Shown here: piece by piece, positions 39,826 through 49,424 of the stretch
Position numbering within the stretch: the first letter of the stretch is position 1
How the letters are laid out: every line of letters begins with the position of its first letter
Origin: an uncultured Acidobacteriota bacterium
GTDB lineage: Bacteria > Acidobacteriota > JAQAZP01
Assembly (NCBI GenBank): GCA_963836075.1
Contig: CAWIIB010000009.1
Location: forward strand, 2,368,001-2,432,000
Length of the DNA: 64,000 nt
Direction of reading: 5' to 3'
The notes under the pieces: model-generated
What the model was told of the DNA's origin: nothing
What the model saw: only the letters and a program-made list of their open reading frames with translations
Databases searched by the model: none
Program-made: the position numbers and the translations under genes

Positions 39826-41016
39826 TCAGTGTTGCCGGGCCTGCTCCTTCACCCAGGCCTCCACCAGCGGCATGAACTGCCCGGCATACTCGTGCATCGA
39901 GCGGTCCAGCATGCCGCTGAAGCGGTCGGCATTGATCTGCAGGGCCAGGGCGAAGCGGTGGACCTGACTGAACTCGATCTGGGTCTGGTGCCCGGGGAAG
40001 ATGCCGCCGTGGCCATAGATCAGCCCCGAGTCCGAAGCCCAGATCTGCAGTCCCAGGCCGTAGGATTCACCCTCGGTGTGCAGGGCCTCCGCGTCCGCCG
40101 GTACGCGCATGGCCAGCCGGGCCTCTTCGGAAAGCAGGTTGCCGTCCGCAAGATTCCGCAGCCAGCGAGCCATGTCGAGACTGTTGGTGACGAAGCCGCC
40201 GCCGGTCCACTCGAACTGCGGATTGATGAAGTAGACCCCGTCCTGCAGGGGGTGGGCCGGGAAATCGAACATCTCCGATTCGCCCGAACAGCCCTGGATC
40301 AGACCCTCCAGGGTCCGCGAGACGGATGGTGCGGTGCGCGTCAGGCCCAGCGGGCGGATGAACCGGCGCTCCACTTCGCCATAGAACGTGTTCCCGGTGA
40401 CCTGCTCGATGATCATTCCCACGATGATGAAGTTGGTGTCGGAATAATCCCAGCCCTGGCCGGCGGGGTGCAGCGCCGGGTCGTCGAAGATGTAGGAGAG
40501 CAGTTCCTCCGGCTGCCACACCCGGTCCGGCTCGGTGGCCAGGTCCTCCCAGAATTCGGTCTTCAGCACGTAGCGCGGCAATCCGCTGGTGTGGCTGAGC
40601 AGCATGCGCACCGTGATCTCGTCGTGGTTGGGGAGACGGGCCAGCCATGGCGTGCCGCCGAAGAAGTCGGCCAGCGGCTGCTCCAGTCTTACCAGCCCCT
40701 CGTCCACCAGCTGCATGGCCACTGCCGCGGCAAAGGTCTTGCCGGTGCTGCCGGAAAACATCCGGTCCTGCGGTTCCATCGGGGTTTCCCCCTCGGGGTC
40801 GGCCAGGCCGGTGGCCAGGTGGACCTGCCGGCCGTCGGCCAGCACCACGGCCAGGGTGGCCCCGGGGAAGCCCGACTCCACTTGCACTTCGTCCAGTCGT
40901 GTCTGGAGCTGTCCGGCAAGCTCTGTCAAAGCGGGGTCGGGATCGACGGGGCGCGTCGTGCAGGCACCGAGCAAGAGGAGGACCGGCAGCAGGGCCGGCA
41001 GCAGCTTTCTGATCAC
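39826..41016 (-). CDS. Serine hydrolase (beta-lactamase/PBP-like) lipoprotein
   Basis: Lipobox LLGAC; SxxK (STGK), LLSHTSG, YSD and GHGG motifs. Confidence 0.9.
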   Translation of the reverse strand: MIRKLLPALLPVLLLLGACTTRPVDPDPALTELAGQLQTRLDEVQVESGFPGATLAVVLADGRQVHLATGLADPEGETPMEPQDRMFSGSTGKTFAAAVAMQLVDEGLVRLEQPLADFFGGTPWLARLPNHDEITVRMLLSHTSGLPRYVLKTEFWEDLATEPDRVWQPEELLSYIFDDPALHPAGQGWDYSDTNFIIVGMIIEQVTGNTFYGEVERRFIRPLGLTRTAPSVSRTLEGLIQGCSGESEMFDFPAHPLQDGVYFINPQFEWTGGGFVTNSLDMARWLRNLADGNLLSEEARLAMRVPADAEALHTEGESYGLGLQIWASDSGLIYGHGGIFPGHQTQIEFSQVHRFALALQINADRFSGMLDRSMHEYAGQFMPLVEAWVKEQARQH

Positions 41017-41047
41017 GTGGGGTTCCTTCCCTGGTCGGTCATGGTGG

Positions 41048-41572
41048 TTACCCGGCCAGTTCCCCGAGCAGTTCGGTGATTCTGGTCAGGTGGTAGACGT
41101 CGTGCTCGGCAAAGAAGTAGACCGCGTCCACCGTACGCATCGGTTGGTCCAGACGGGGGTGGTGCGCGCTGCGGCCGAAGTCATCCGGGGCCAGCGCTTC
41201 CAGGCGCCGGACCAGCCCGCCGCGCCGCTCCCGCAAGGCCCGGAGGATATCAGCCGTGGGAAAGTGATTGTAATCGGCTTTTTCGGTGCGCCGGTTCGAC
41301 ATGTCGGCGGCGGTCAGTGTCTCAACGCCGGCGTCGTAGTCGTCCAGCCGCGCTTCCAGCAGGTCGTCGACACTGATCAGGTGGCCCAACTGCTCGCGGA
41401 CCGACCAGCGGCCGTCCATACACCTGCGGGCCAGCAGGTCTTCGGGAAGTCCACGGACAATGTCACTCGCGCGGCCGGGCAGGCCGCGGAGCCGTTCCAC
41501 CATCTCGGGATAGAGGTCCACCGGAAAGTCGAAGTTGAATTTCCGCTGGACCCAGTTGATTCGGGCGGTCAT
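41048..41572 (-). CDS. DinB/YfiT family protein
   Basis: WSVREQLGHL and AEHDVYHL metal-binding histidines. Confidence 0.88.
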   Translation of the reverse strand: MTARINWVQRKFNFDFPVDLYPEMVERLRGLPGRASDIVRGLPEDLLARRCMDGRWSVREQLGHLISVDDLLEARLDDYDAGVETLTAADMSNRRTEKADYNHFPTADILRALRERRGGLVRRLEALAPDDFGRSAHHPRLDQPMRTVDAVYFFAEHDVYHLTRITELLGELAG

Positions 41573-41913
41573 CCGTCCATCCTCTTCACTGGCGGTTCGT
41601 AGCGTTCGTAGTAGCCGATCACCGCACCGCTGCCGTCACGCACGGCCCGCATGTAGATCCGGTATTTTTCGTTGTCCGTGATCCGCCGCTCCTCCTCGGT
41701 GCCCGCTTCGAAGGCGGCCAGGACATCCACCATGATCTCCCCCGACTCTTTGTTGTGGCAGTCGAAGAGCGATGTCCCCAGCAGTTGGTAGCCGTCCGTG
41801 TAGTGTATTGCCGCGGCCTTGTTCATGTAGCGGACGACGTGGTCCGTATCGGCGAAGAGCAACGGGTTCTTCAGGCTGTCCAGAATGCTCTCCAGTAATT
41901 CAACGTGTGTCAT
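41569..41913 (-). CDS. Stand-alone PAS domain protein
   Basis: [20 protein letters not shown] and VRDGSG..IGYYE motifs. Confidence 0.8.
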   Translation of the reverse strand: MTHVELLESILDSLKNPLLFADTDHVVRYMNKAAAIHYTDGYQLLGTSLFDCHNKESGEIMVDVLAAFEAGTEEERRITDNEKYRIYMRAVRDGSGAVIGYYERYEPPVKRMDG

Positions 41914-42380
41914 GCTCCTCCTGTTCCATGCTCGCGGCCCCAGGCGGTGAGAAACCGGTCCAGCTGGTTGGCAAAGGCTCGGCGGTCTCCCTGGTTGAAC
42001 GCCGGTGGGCCCCCGGTCTCCACTCCGGTGGAGCGCAGTTCGTCCATGAAGTTGCGCAGGGTCAACCGTTCCTGGATATTCTCTTCAGAGTAGAAGGTGC
42101 CGCGCGGGTCGAGGGCTTCCGCGCCTTTCTCGATCACCTTGGCCGCGAGAGGGATATCGGCGGTGATCACCAGATCACCGTGCTCCACCAGGTCCACGAT
42201 CCGCTCGTCGGCGGCGTCGAAGCCGTTGGGGACCACCATTGTGTCGATCAAGGGTGACGGCGGGGTCCGCAGTTGCTTGTTGGCCACCAGGGTCAGGGGA
42301 ACACCCACCCGCTCGGCAGCACGGAAGAGAATTTCCTTGATCACGCCGGGGCAGGCATCGGCATCGACCCAGATGTGCAT
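41910..42380 (-). CDS. YaiI/YqxD family (DUF188) PIN-like protein
   Basis: [13 protein letters not shown] and VITADIPLA motifs. Confidence 0.93.
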   Translation of the reverse strand: MHIWVDADACPGVIKEILFRAAERVGVPLTLVANKQLRTPPSPLIDTMVVPNGFDAADERIVDLVEHGDLVITADIPLAAKVIEKGAEALDPRGTFYSEENIQERLTLRNFMDELRSTGVETGGPPAFNQGDRRAFANQLDRFLTAWGREHGTGGA

Positions 42381-42405
42381 TGGTGGTCATACTCCGGCGG
42401 AGGTC

Positions 42406-42876
42406 TCAGCAGGATTTTCTGCTCTTGCCGCTTTTCTTGTGCTGGATGTTTTTCACCAGGTTTATGTATTCCTCCACCCCCATCGAGGCAATGGCCTCGC
42501 CGATCAGGGGCAGGGGCAGGTCCTCAAGTTTTCTGAAGCGGACGCATGATTTACCCAGGTCGAACCGCTTTCCGGTGGCCTTGTAGTCAGCCTCGAATTT
42601 CTTTCGGGCTTCCTCCGAGCTGTAGATACAGCTGAGGTAGACCGCCATATGGTTTTTCTGCGAAGCCAGCGCGGCCAGCATCAAGGGCTTCTTGTTGTAT
42701 GTGTCGGGGTAGGTCTCCAGCGGAACCTGGTAGGTGATCATCCCCCAGTCCATCACCTCTTCATAGCCCTGGGGCAGGTTGGCCAGAATGGTTCCGCGCA
42801 CCGTTTCGATGGCCGTCCGGCGCTCCTCCGGCAGTTCTTCCAGATACTGCTCCACAGTGGTGGCCCTGGATTGCAT
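42406..42876 (-). CDS. DUF1801 (YdhG-like) protein
   Basis: WGMITYQVP, LASQKNHMAVY and DLGKSCVRF motifs. Confidence 0.88.
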   Translation of the reverse strand: MQSRATTVEQYLEELPEERRTAIETVRGTILANLPQGYEEVMDWGMITYQVPLETYPDTYNKKPLMLAALASQKNHMAVYLSCIYSSEEARKKFEADYKATGKRFDLGKSCVRFRKLEDLPLPLIGEAIASMGVEEYINLVKNIQHKKSGKSRKSC

Positions 42877-42888
42877 GATTCCGAACTC

Positions 42889-43299
42889 CTAGTCGTAGCG
42901 GACACCGTCATACTCGATCCAGCCGCCGGGGTGGTTGCCCCGGGAGGCATGGTGCGTCCAGTGTACCACGCCGCCCTTGTTGTTCCACTCGTATTCCCCG
43001 CGAAAGCGGACCGTTTCACCGGTTCCCCGAAGCGGGACGCGGCGGCCCACGTCGATGTTGTGGGCGATGAGCAGGGACAGGCCGGAGGGGATCTCCACGA
43101 TGAACCGCTGGTGCTTCGACCCGCGGGTGTCGTCGCGGAGAATTTTGACCACCACGCCTTCGGCCTCCACCGGCACATCGCTGGCCATCTCGGCAAATGC
43201 CCGGTCGATGCCATCCGGTTCGATTTCGGGTGCGCAACCGGCAAACTGGACGATTCCCAGGAAGAGTAGGGCGAGGATGAGGTGACGTAACGTATTCAT
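42889..43299 (-). CDS. DUF3465 family lipoprotein
   Basis: Lipobox FAGC; GSKHQRF, AHNID and GEYEWN.KGGVVHWTH motifs. Confidence 0.88.
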   Translation of the reverse strand: MNTLRHLILALLFLGIVQFAGCAPEIEPDGIDRAFAEMASDVPVEAEGVVVKILRDDTRGSKHQRFIVEIPSGLSLLIAHNIDVGRRVPLRGTGETVRFRGEYEWNNKGGVVHWTHHASRGNHPGGWIEYDGVRYD

Positions 43300-43310
43300 G
43301 TTTCTATTCC

Positions 43311-44048
43311 CTACATCGCGGGGAGCGAGCCCGTGGTGGCCAGGGAGACCAGGATATAGATGATCCCGCCCACCAGACCGCCGATGTTGGCCAGCATGTG
43401 CAAACCAATGGCCGGCACGAGGCTTCCCGACAGTGCTCGATGGTGCCCGGCCAGCAGTCCCAGAGAGAAAGTAAAGAGGACGATGATCAGGGTGGAGGTC
43501 CCATCGGCCCCCGAGAGAAGCAGCACCAGGTGCATTGCCCCGAAAAACGCCGCACTGATCAGGGTCGGGAGGTCGACTCTGATGCCGGGCAGCCCCACCT
43601 GAAAGCGGCTGAGTGCACTGAGATGACTTTGCAGGAAGCCGCGGGTGAACACCTCCTCGATGGTGCTGGAGGAAATCCAGACAAAGAACACGATCTGGAG
43701 AAACGACAACTGTTTGATCAGCGGGTTGCCGACGGCTCCGGAGAACAGGATCGCCAGGCTGGCTGCCGCTCCCAGACCCAGCGCCGCCACCACGGCAACG
43801 GCCAGGCGAGGCAGACTCCGGCGGGTGACGTAGCTCTTGACGGGCCGGCGAAAGCCGTATTCTCCGAACCGTCCGCGGCCCAGGATGCCGATGGCCAGAA
43901 GACTAAGCAGCAGCTCGACAGCCTGCCCGGCGGCCAGTGTCCGGGCCGCGCCCTCAAGTATCAGTTTGGGCAGGACAATGGCCAGGGCAAAGATCACAAG
44001 GCCCACGGCCAGCGTCTGGAGGATTCGCTTCTTCTCGCTACGGGTCAT
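43311..44048 (-). CDS. CPBP (Abi/CAAX) intramembrane glutamic endopeptidase
   Basis: EEVFTRG, FGAMH and HMLAN motifs. Confidence 0.88.
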   Translation of the reverse strand: MTRSEKKRILQTLAVGLVIFALAIVLPKLILEGAARTLAAGQAVELLLSLLAIGILGRGRFGEYGFRRPVKSYVTRRSLPRLAVAVVAALGLGAAASLAILFSGAVGNPLIKQLSFLQIVFFVWISSSTIEEVFTRGFLQSHLSALSRFQVGLPGIRVDLPTLISAAFFGAMHLVLLLSGADGTSTLIIVLFTFSLGLLAGHHRALSGSLVPAIGLHMLANIGGLVGGIIYILVSLATTGSLPAM

Positions 44049-44634
44049 GGGGCGCCTTCCGGTAGGGTTTGTGTCCGTAGTACTTGGGCCATGAGTCGAG
44101 CCTCACGTGGAGCCAGGGGACGCCGCCCCCGGCGGTGCTCACCCAGACCGGCCGTTCACCGACGGTCTGTTGGAGAGCTGCGCCCACCGCTTTCCACAGG
44201 GCATGGTTCTGCTCCTCGGAAGCGCGGCGGACAAAGGCGGCCAGGTGCCCGTAAGCATCCCCCGGGCCGCAGGGGAGGGGGGCGACCAGCAGGGCGTCGT
44301 GGCCCAGGTTGGGAAACGATATGACGTTTCGTTGCGACGTGCCGGCAAAGAGATCGCTGAAGGCCGTCATGTCGGGTGGAATGTCGAGACCGGGACTGTC
44401 CAGCAGGACATACTCGAACCGGCGCCCCAGGCAGGATGAAGTCACTGGCGGCGTTTCCCAGCGGAAGGCGGTATACGGCGCCAGGGAGAGCCGGGAGATG
44501 AAGAAGGAACGGAAGGCCGGATCCTCTTGCCAGAGGGCCATCACCTCGGCGTAGCCGAGCGAAATCCCGCCACGGCGCACCGAAACCTTCAGCCCCAGGC
44601 CCCGGCCAAGTTGTTGCTCGTCGGCTTCAAACAT
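44038..44634 (-). CDS. DUF6940-like hypothetical protein
   Basis: FRWETPP, FPNLGHDALLVAP and WVSTAGGGVPWLHVRLD motifs. Confidence 0.75.
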   Translation of the reverse strand: MFEADEQQLGRGLGLKVSVRRGGISLGYAEVMALWQEDPAFRSFFISRLSLAPYTAFRWETPPVTSSCLGRRFEYVLLDSPGLDIPPDMTAFSDLFAGTSQRNVISFPNLGHDALLVAPLPCGPGDAYGHLAAFVRRASEEQNHALWKAVGAALQQTVGERPVWVSTAGGGVPWLHVRLDSWPKYYGHKPYRKAPHDP

Positions 44635-44710
44635 ACCAGGGGCGGCAATCGGCCGAACACCCCCCGGGGGTCGCTGCAACGCCCCGGGAGGTGACCGGCA
44701 TCAACCAGGC

Positions 44711-45004
44711 TTATTCAGCCACCCGGTCCTTGAGGCTTTTGCCAGCCTTGAAGGTGGGGTAGGTCTTTGCCGCCAGCTGTATGGTCTCACCGGTGGCCGG
44801 GTTGCGGCCCGAGCGTGCTGACCGTCGCTTTGTGCCGAAGGTGCCGAAACCAGTGATCCGAACTTCCCGGCCGGCATCCAGTTCGATGGCGATGATGCCC
44901 TCTCCCGGGGCCGTGTCGAAGATGCAGTTCACCACCTCCAGCGCCTTTGCTTGCGAAAGGTCGCAATTCTTCGCCAGCTTCGCCGCCATTTCACTCTTGG
45001 TCAT
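44711..45004 (-). CDS. hup: HU family DNA-binding protein
   Basis: MTKSE, ITGFGTF, GRNPATGETI and PTFKAGKSLK motifs. Confidence 0.93.
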   Translation of the reverse strand: MTKSEMAAKLAKNCDLSQAKALEVVNCIFDTAPGEGIIAIELDAGREVRITGFGTFGTKRRSARSGRNPATGETIQLAAKTYPTFKAGKSLKDRVAE

Positions 45005-45125
45005 CAGATTCCTCCTGATGGTAATGGGCCGCAGCCCTCTTTCGCAGGCGTGATTCCGCCGAATCCGCACCGGCAACCACTGCCGTATCCCGCCTGTCGA
45101 GTGTTTTTGAGACTTCTATGCCCGC

Positions 45126-45155
45126 AGTATATGTATATTTTCGTGAAAAATGCAA
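45126..45155 (-). promoter_or_regulatory. Putative sigma70 promoter of hup
   Basis: Minus-strand TTGCAT-N18-TATACT in an AT-rich gap. Confidence 0.5.
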
Positions 45156-45167
45156 TAAGAACAAGCA

Positions 45168-45491
45168 CTATTGAGAATTCGTGAACTGCAGATATTCCAC
45201 CGGCGCACCGTCGCAGACCACAAAGGCCACCATCACACCCTCAGATGGGCTGTTCGGTTCGATGATCACCTGTTGCCCCTTCAAGGCCGCTTCCAGGTCA
45301 TCCACCTCGAAGGCCACGTGGGGTACGGTCTGTACCAGTTCGGGCAGGGGGGAGTCCTGTTCGTAGCGCATCCACTGGATGCCGTGGGGGTTCCTCCGGT
45401 GGTCGGTGCAGTAGAGCCCGTAGCGCGGGAGATAGGTTTCGCCTGTTTGCGGAGTATCGGTGGGGATCCCCAGGTGGTGGTATTTCTTCAT
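45168..45491 (-). CDS. VOC/glyoxalase-like small protein
   Basis: YHHLGIPT, PHVAFEVDDL and GAPVEYL motifs. Confidence 0.78.
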   Translation of the reverse strand: MKKYHHLGIPTDTPQTGETYLPRYGLYCTDHRRNPHGIQWMRYEQDSPLPELVQTVPHVAFEVDDLEAALKGQQVIIEPNSPSEGVMVAFVVCDGAPVEYLQFTNSQ

Positions 45492-46558
45492 GGATTCTCC
45501 TGTCGCTTTTTGTGCCGGCGATACCCGGAAGTGATCTCTTTCCAGCGCTTCTTCTCCTTCAGCGCGGCCCTGACGTCCTGCTTGCGCTCGAGGTAGTCCA
45601 ACTCCTTGCGCAGCTTGAGGTAACTCTCCAGCCGGCCGTGGTCCAGGACGCCCTGCTCCACGGCCTGCCGAACCGCGCAGCCCGGTTCCGAGTCGTGCCC
45701 GCAATCGGCATACCGGCAGCTCTCGGACAGTGATCCCACATCGGCAAAGCTCTTGCCCAATCCGGCCTCAGCGTTCCAGAGCTGGATTTCGCGCATCCCG
45801 GGTGTATCCAGCAGCAGCCCGCCGCAGGGCAACAGCACCAGCTGGCGGTGGGTGGTTTTGTGCCGCCCCTTGCCGTCCCCCTCGCGGATATCACCGGTGA
45901 GCATTACCTCAGACCCGGCCAGGCTGTTGAGCAGCGTTGATTTCCCCACCCCCGAGGATCCCAGCAGGGCGATGGTCTTACCCGGGGCCAGTGCCGGGGC
46001 CAGAGCTTCCAGGCCCGAACCGTCTCTTGCGCTCACCGGGTGGACCGGGATACCGAGCAGCGACGATTCGAGATCGGCTGCCGTCTGTTGGGGGGCATCT
46101 GCAAGATCGGACTTGCTCAGGATCACCCAGGGCTCCGCTCCGCTCTCCCAGACCAGGGCCAGGTAGCGGTCGATGCGGTTGCGGTTGAGGTTCGGACCAA
46201 AGGCGGTAACGATCCAGACGGTATCCACATTGGCCGCGATCACCTGTTCGTCGGTGCGGGCTCCGGCCGATTTCCGGGAAAACCGGGTCAGCCGGGGCAG
46301 CACCAGGTTGATCTGTGCTTCGCCACCCCGGCCATCCGATGCGGCAACCCAGTCGCCCACTGTCGGCAGGTCGGCGGGGCTGGCGGCCTCGTGGCGCAAG
46401 CGTCCGGATATGCGGGCAGCCAGTTCCGCCTCCCCGGTCCGGATCCGGTATTGGCCTCGGTGTTCGGCAACGACTCTCGCCGGAACAGACTCCGGCCGAT
46501 GGGCATCGGTGAATTTCCCGGCCCAGCGGTCATCCCAGCCATAGTCCTCGAGGCTCAT
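45488..46558 (-). CDS. rsgA: Small ribosomal subunit-dependent GTPase A
   Basis: SKSD, GSSGVGKS, DTPGMRE and the zinc site CRYADCGHDSEPGC. Confidence 0.95.
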   Translation of the reverse strand: MSLEDYGWDDRWAGKFTDAHRPESVPARVVAEHRGQYRIRTGEAELAARISGRLRHEAASPADLPTVGDWVAASDGRGGEAQINLVLPRLTRFSRKSAGARTDEQVIAANVDTVWIVTAFGPNLNRNRIDRYLALVWESGAEPWVILSKSDLADAPQQTAADLESSLLGIPVHPVSARDGSGLEALAPALAPGKTIALLGSSGVGKSTLLNSLAGSEVMLTGDIREGDGKGRHKTTHRQLVLLPCGGLLLDTPGMREIQLWNAEAGLGKSFADVGSLSESCRYADCGHDSEPGCAVRQAVEQGVLDHGRLESYLKLRKELDYLERKQDVRAALKEKKRWKEITSGYRRHKKRQENP

Positions 46559-46587
46559 CTTTTCCTCTCCCTTTCCGGCGCAGTCTA

Positions 46588-47277
46588 CTACACGATCACC
46601 GCACGGCCGTTGTCACTGGCAGAGAGGGCCAGCAGGAAGGGTGCCGCCCGCCCGGCCCATTCGCCGGGTGAGGGACAGGCTGCCGCGCCGTCCCCCCAGC
46701 AGCTGCGCAGCATGTCGGTATCGATGACCCCGGGGTTCACCGCCACCGCGGCCATCCCGGGGGGCAGTTCCTGTGACAGCGCCTCGGTGAGGCCTTCCAC
46801 CGCGTACTTGCTGGCGCAGTAGGGCGCCACCTCCGGGGCGGTGGAGCGGCCCCAGCCGGAACTGATGTTGGCCACCACCCCGCGGCCCCGCTGGATCATC
46901 GCCGGCAGATAAGCGCGGATCAGATTGGCCGTGCCGCAGACATTGGTCAGGATCACCGACCGGAACTCTTCGTCGGAGACCTCCCACAGGCGGGCGTTGC
47001 GGTTGATCACCCCGGCGTTGTTCACCAGCAGGTCCGGGGGACCGCTCTCCCCGATCACCGATTGGGACCAGGCCAGCACCGCCGGCCAGTCGGTGATGTC
47101 CAGCATGTCGAAACGGTGCGGGGCGCCGAGGTTGTTGCGCAACTCCTTGATCTCCGTCTCCGACCGCCCGCAGCCGATGATGGTGTGGCCCATGCCGGCC
47201 AACCGCTCGGTCAGTGCCCTGCCGATGCCCTTGGTCGCACCAGTGATCAGGATCGTTCTGCTGTCACTCATCGCCAC
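46588..47277 (-). CDS. SDR family oxidoreductase
   Basis: TGATKGIG, NNAG and YCASK motifs. Confidence 0.93.
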   Translation of the reverse strand: MAMSDSRTILITGATKGIGRALTERLAGMGHTIIGCGRSETEIKELRNNLGAPHRFDMLDITDWPAVLAWSQSVIGESGPPDLLVNNAGVINRNARLWEVSDEEFRSVILTNVCGTANLIRAYLPAMIQRGRGVVANISSGWGRSTAPEVAPYCASKYAVEGLTEALSQELPPGMAAVAVNPGVIDTDMLRSCWGDGAAACPSPGEWAGRAAPFLLALSASDNGRAVIV

Positions 47278-47899
47278 CCCCTGTTGATGACACGTGAAAT
47301 TCCGTCTCGCCCCTGGTGGCGGCCAGATCGCCGAAATAGAGGCAGAACAGTTCGTGGTTCCCGTCGAGGAAGAGCCGCTGGCGCTCGTGGGCCGGAAGTC
47401 CCTTCAGTTCTCCGGTATCCACCAGCGGCGGCAGCACCAGGGCCAGGTTGCCGGTGAGTCCGAACACGGTTTCCAGTAGTCTGTCCGCCGGCGGTTGGGT
47501 GTTCGATTGGCGAAAACGGTATACGTGGCCAGGCCCGGTGACGGCCCAGTCCGGGTCGAGGAATGCCGCATCCACCGGCGGCAACTGCTGGAGCAACTGC
47601 TGGTCGAGGATGTCTCCGAGAATGAAATCCACCCGGTCCGTCTGGCCGGCCTGCTCCACGTTGTGCCGGGCCTGGGCCTGAATGACCGGGTCGATCTCCA
47701 CGGTGTGGACCTGCCGGGCCTCACGGGCCAGGGAGATGGTGGTGAAACCGCCCCCGGTGCAGGTCTCGAGAACAGTGCGGCCCCGGACCCGGTCGGCAAA
47801 GTGCGCGGTGAAGCGCAGGTCGATGCCCATGGTGAACGTCCGCTGGTCGGCGCTGTAGTCGTCCCCGAATTTCGAGTGGATGTCGCTGGGATCCATCAT
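47264..47899 (-). CDS. SAM-dependent methyltransferase, TGS1/RsmD-like
   Basis: LETCTGGG, VEID, FILGD and FLDPDW motifs. Confidence 0.75.
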   Translation of the reverse strand: MMDPSDIHSKFGDDYSADQRTFTMGIDLRFTAHFADRVRGRTVLETCTGGGFTTISLAREARQVHTVEIDPVIQAQARHNVEQAGQTDRVDFILGDILDQQLLQQLPPVDAAFLDPDWAVTGPGHVYRFRQSNTQPPADRLLETVFGLTGNLALVLPPLVDTGELKGLPAHERQRLFLDGNHELFCLYFGDLAATRGETEFHVSSTGGGDE

Positions 47900-47930
47900 T
47901 GGCGGCTCCGCAAGAGGGCTTGCTCCTTCG

Positions 47931-48488
47931 TCAGGATTTGGTCAGCAGTGCCGTCCGGCAGAGGAACATCCACGGCCCGGGGCCGGGGGCCAGGCCGGCC
48001 TCCCGGGCGCGTTCCAGAGACGCGGCAAACTTCTTCTTCGAAACGTGGAACGGCGGTTCCACCACCAGCACGCTCCCGCCCTCTGACAGCAGCGATGCCA
48101 CTTCATGGTAGAAACGGTCCTGGTCCGGAATTTCGTGAACCACATAAAAGGCGAGAACGAAGTCCACCGGTTCATCGAGGCCGATCCGGTCTTCCTCGCA
48201 CTTGTGCAGGGTGATCCGCTGCTCCAGTTCAGTTCCCCGGATCTTCTCCCGGACCTTGTCCAGCATCCCCTGTTGCAGGTCGCTGGCGATCACCCGGCCG
48301 TTCTCGCCCACCAGGCGGGCCAACTCGGTGCTGAAGAACCCCGGGCCGCAGCCCAGATCCAGAACGGTCATCCCCGCACGGATATATGGGCTGAGGATTT
48401 TCTGCGGATCCTGCAGCCAGCGTCGCAACCGGGTGTCCAGGGCGCCCGCCCGTTCCACCGGGCAGACCCGCTCGGACCTCTTGCTCAT
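47931..48488 (-). CDS. Class I SAM-dependent methyltransferase
   Basis: VLDLGCGPGFF and FYVVHE motifs. Confidence 0.9.
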   Translation of the reverse strand: MSKRSERVCPVERAGALDTRLRRWLQDPQKILSPYIRAGMTVLDLGCGPGFFSTELARLVGENGRVIASDLQQGMLDKVREKIRGTELEQRITLHKCEEDRIGLDEPVDFVLAFYVVHEIPDQDRFYHEVASLLSEGGSVLVVEPPFHVSKKKFAASLERAREAGLAPGPGPWMFLCRTALLTKS

Positions 48489-48504
48489 CTCTCGCACCCT
48501 CCGC

Positions 48505-48888
48505 TCATCGCGGCTCGTCCAGCCTATTCCGGCGCCATCTGAAAAAGATGTAGCCGTAGATCGAGACGTTGATCAGCAGTACGGCCGCGCCGAGCACCAC
48601 CTGCAGCTGGCGGGTCAGCCCCGCGGGGTAGATCAGCGGGATCAGGTAGTGCTCGATGAAACCGCCGCGGTACCCGGCCTCACCGCCGGCCCGGCGCAGC
48701 CAGTTCTCCAGCGGGGTCAGCGGGCAGTACAGGCCGCTGAATTCCACCAGTGCGCCCCACGCGGCGGCCGGGACGTGGAGCCAGGCGGCTCTCGGCCACC
48801 TGACTGCCAGCAGGCCGCCAAAAACAACGAGGAGGATGAATAACAAGTGGACGACGACCGCCATGTCGGCGGCGATTCTGTATCCCAT
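48505..48888 (-). CDS. DUF2784 family membrane protein
   Basis: CPLTPLENWLR and GFIEHYL..LIYP motifs. Confidence 0.9.
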   Translation of the reverse strand: MGYRIAADMAVVVHLLFILLVVFGGLLAVRWPRAAWLHVPAAAWGALVEFSGLYCPLTPLENWLRRAGGEAGYRGGFIEHYLIPLIYPAGLTRQLQVVLGAAVLLINVSIYGYIFFRWRRNRLDEPR

Positions 48889-49401
48889 TCAGTCCCCGTT
48901 GTCCGCGCGGGCCGAGGAGAGGTCACTGGCGTTGAGTGCCCGGACGCTCTGTCGGCTCCCGGTGACGGCGCGGCGGTGGTAGTCCACCTGGCCCAGGTGA
49001 TACCCCAGATGGACCGCCAGGTGGAGCATGAACTCGCCGGTCTGCAGTCTCTGTTCACCCACCAGCAGGGGGTACGGCTGCTCCAGCGCTTCCTCGGTCA
49101 GCGCGGCGAGCGCCGTTTTCACCTCCACCATGGCGGTGTCGATTCCGGCCAGCAGCTCGTCCCGCGGGACGTCCCGGGCCGCGAACTCCCGGTCGCGATC
49201 CCGGATGTAGCCCGAGCCGCCGAACTGCGCACCGATATAGTGTCGCAGGTTGCCGGTGAGGTGCAGGGCCAGGGTGCCCGCGGAATTGGCCACCCCCGGC
49301 AGGCCGGCCCAGATCTGCCGCTCGTCCTCGTAGGCCAGAAGTTCACTTCGCAGGCCTTTCAGCTCTCTGAGAATCATGCCCGTCAGCTGTTCGATGAGCA
49401 T
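48889..49401 (-). CDS. DinB superfamily (DUF1572-like) protein
   Basis: NSAGTLALHLTGNL, RDRDREF and HLGYHLGQVDYHRR motifs. Confidence 0.88.
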   Translation of the reverse strand: MLIEQLTGMILRELKGLRSELLAYEDERQIWAGLPGVANSAGTLALHLTGNLRHYIGAQFGGSGYIRDRDREFAARDVPRDELLAGIDTAMVEVKTALAALTEEALEQPYPLLVGEQRLQTGEFMLHLAVHLGYHLGQVDYHRRAVTGSRQSVRALNASDLSSARADNGD

Positions 49402-49424
49402 CGTTTTCTCCTCGGTGTCCCGAT

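Noticed and set aside
44658-44693. Terminator after hup
   Set aside because: An imperfect GC stem is present but has no convincing U-tract, so it was not listed as a feature.
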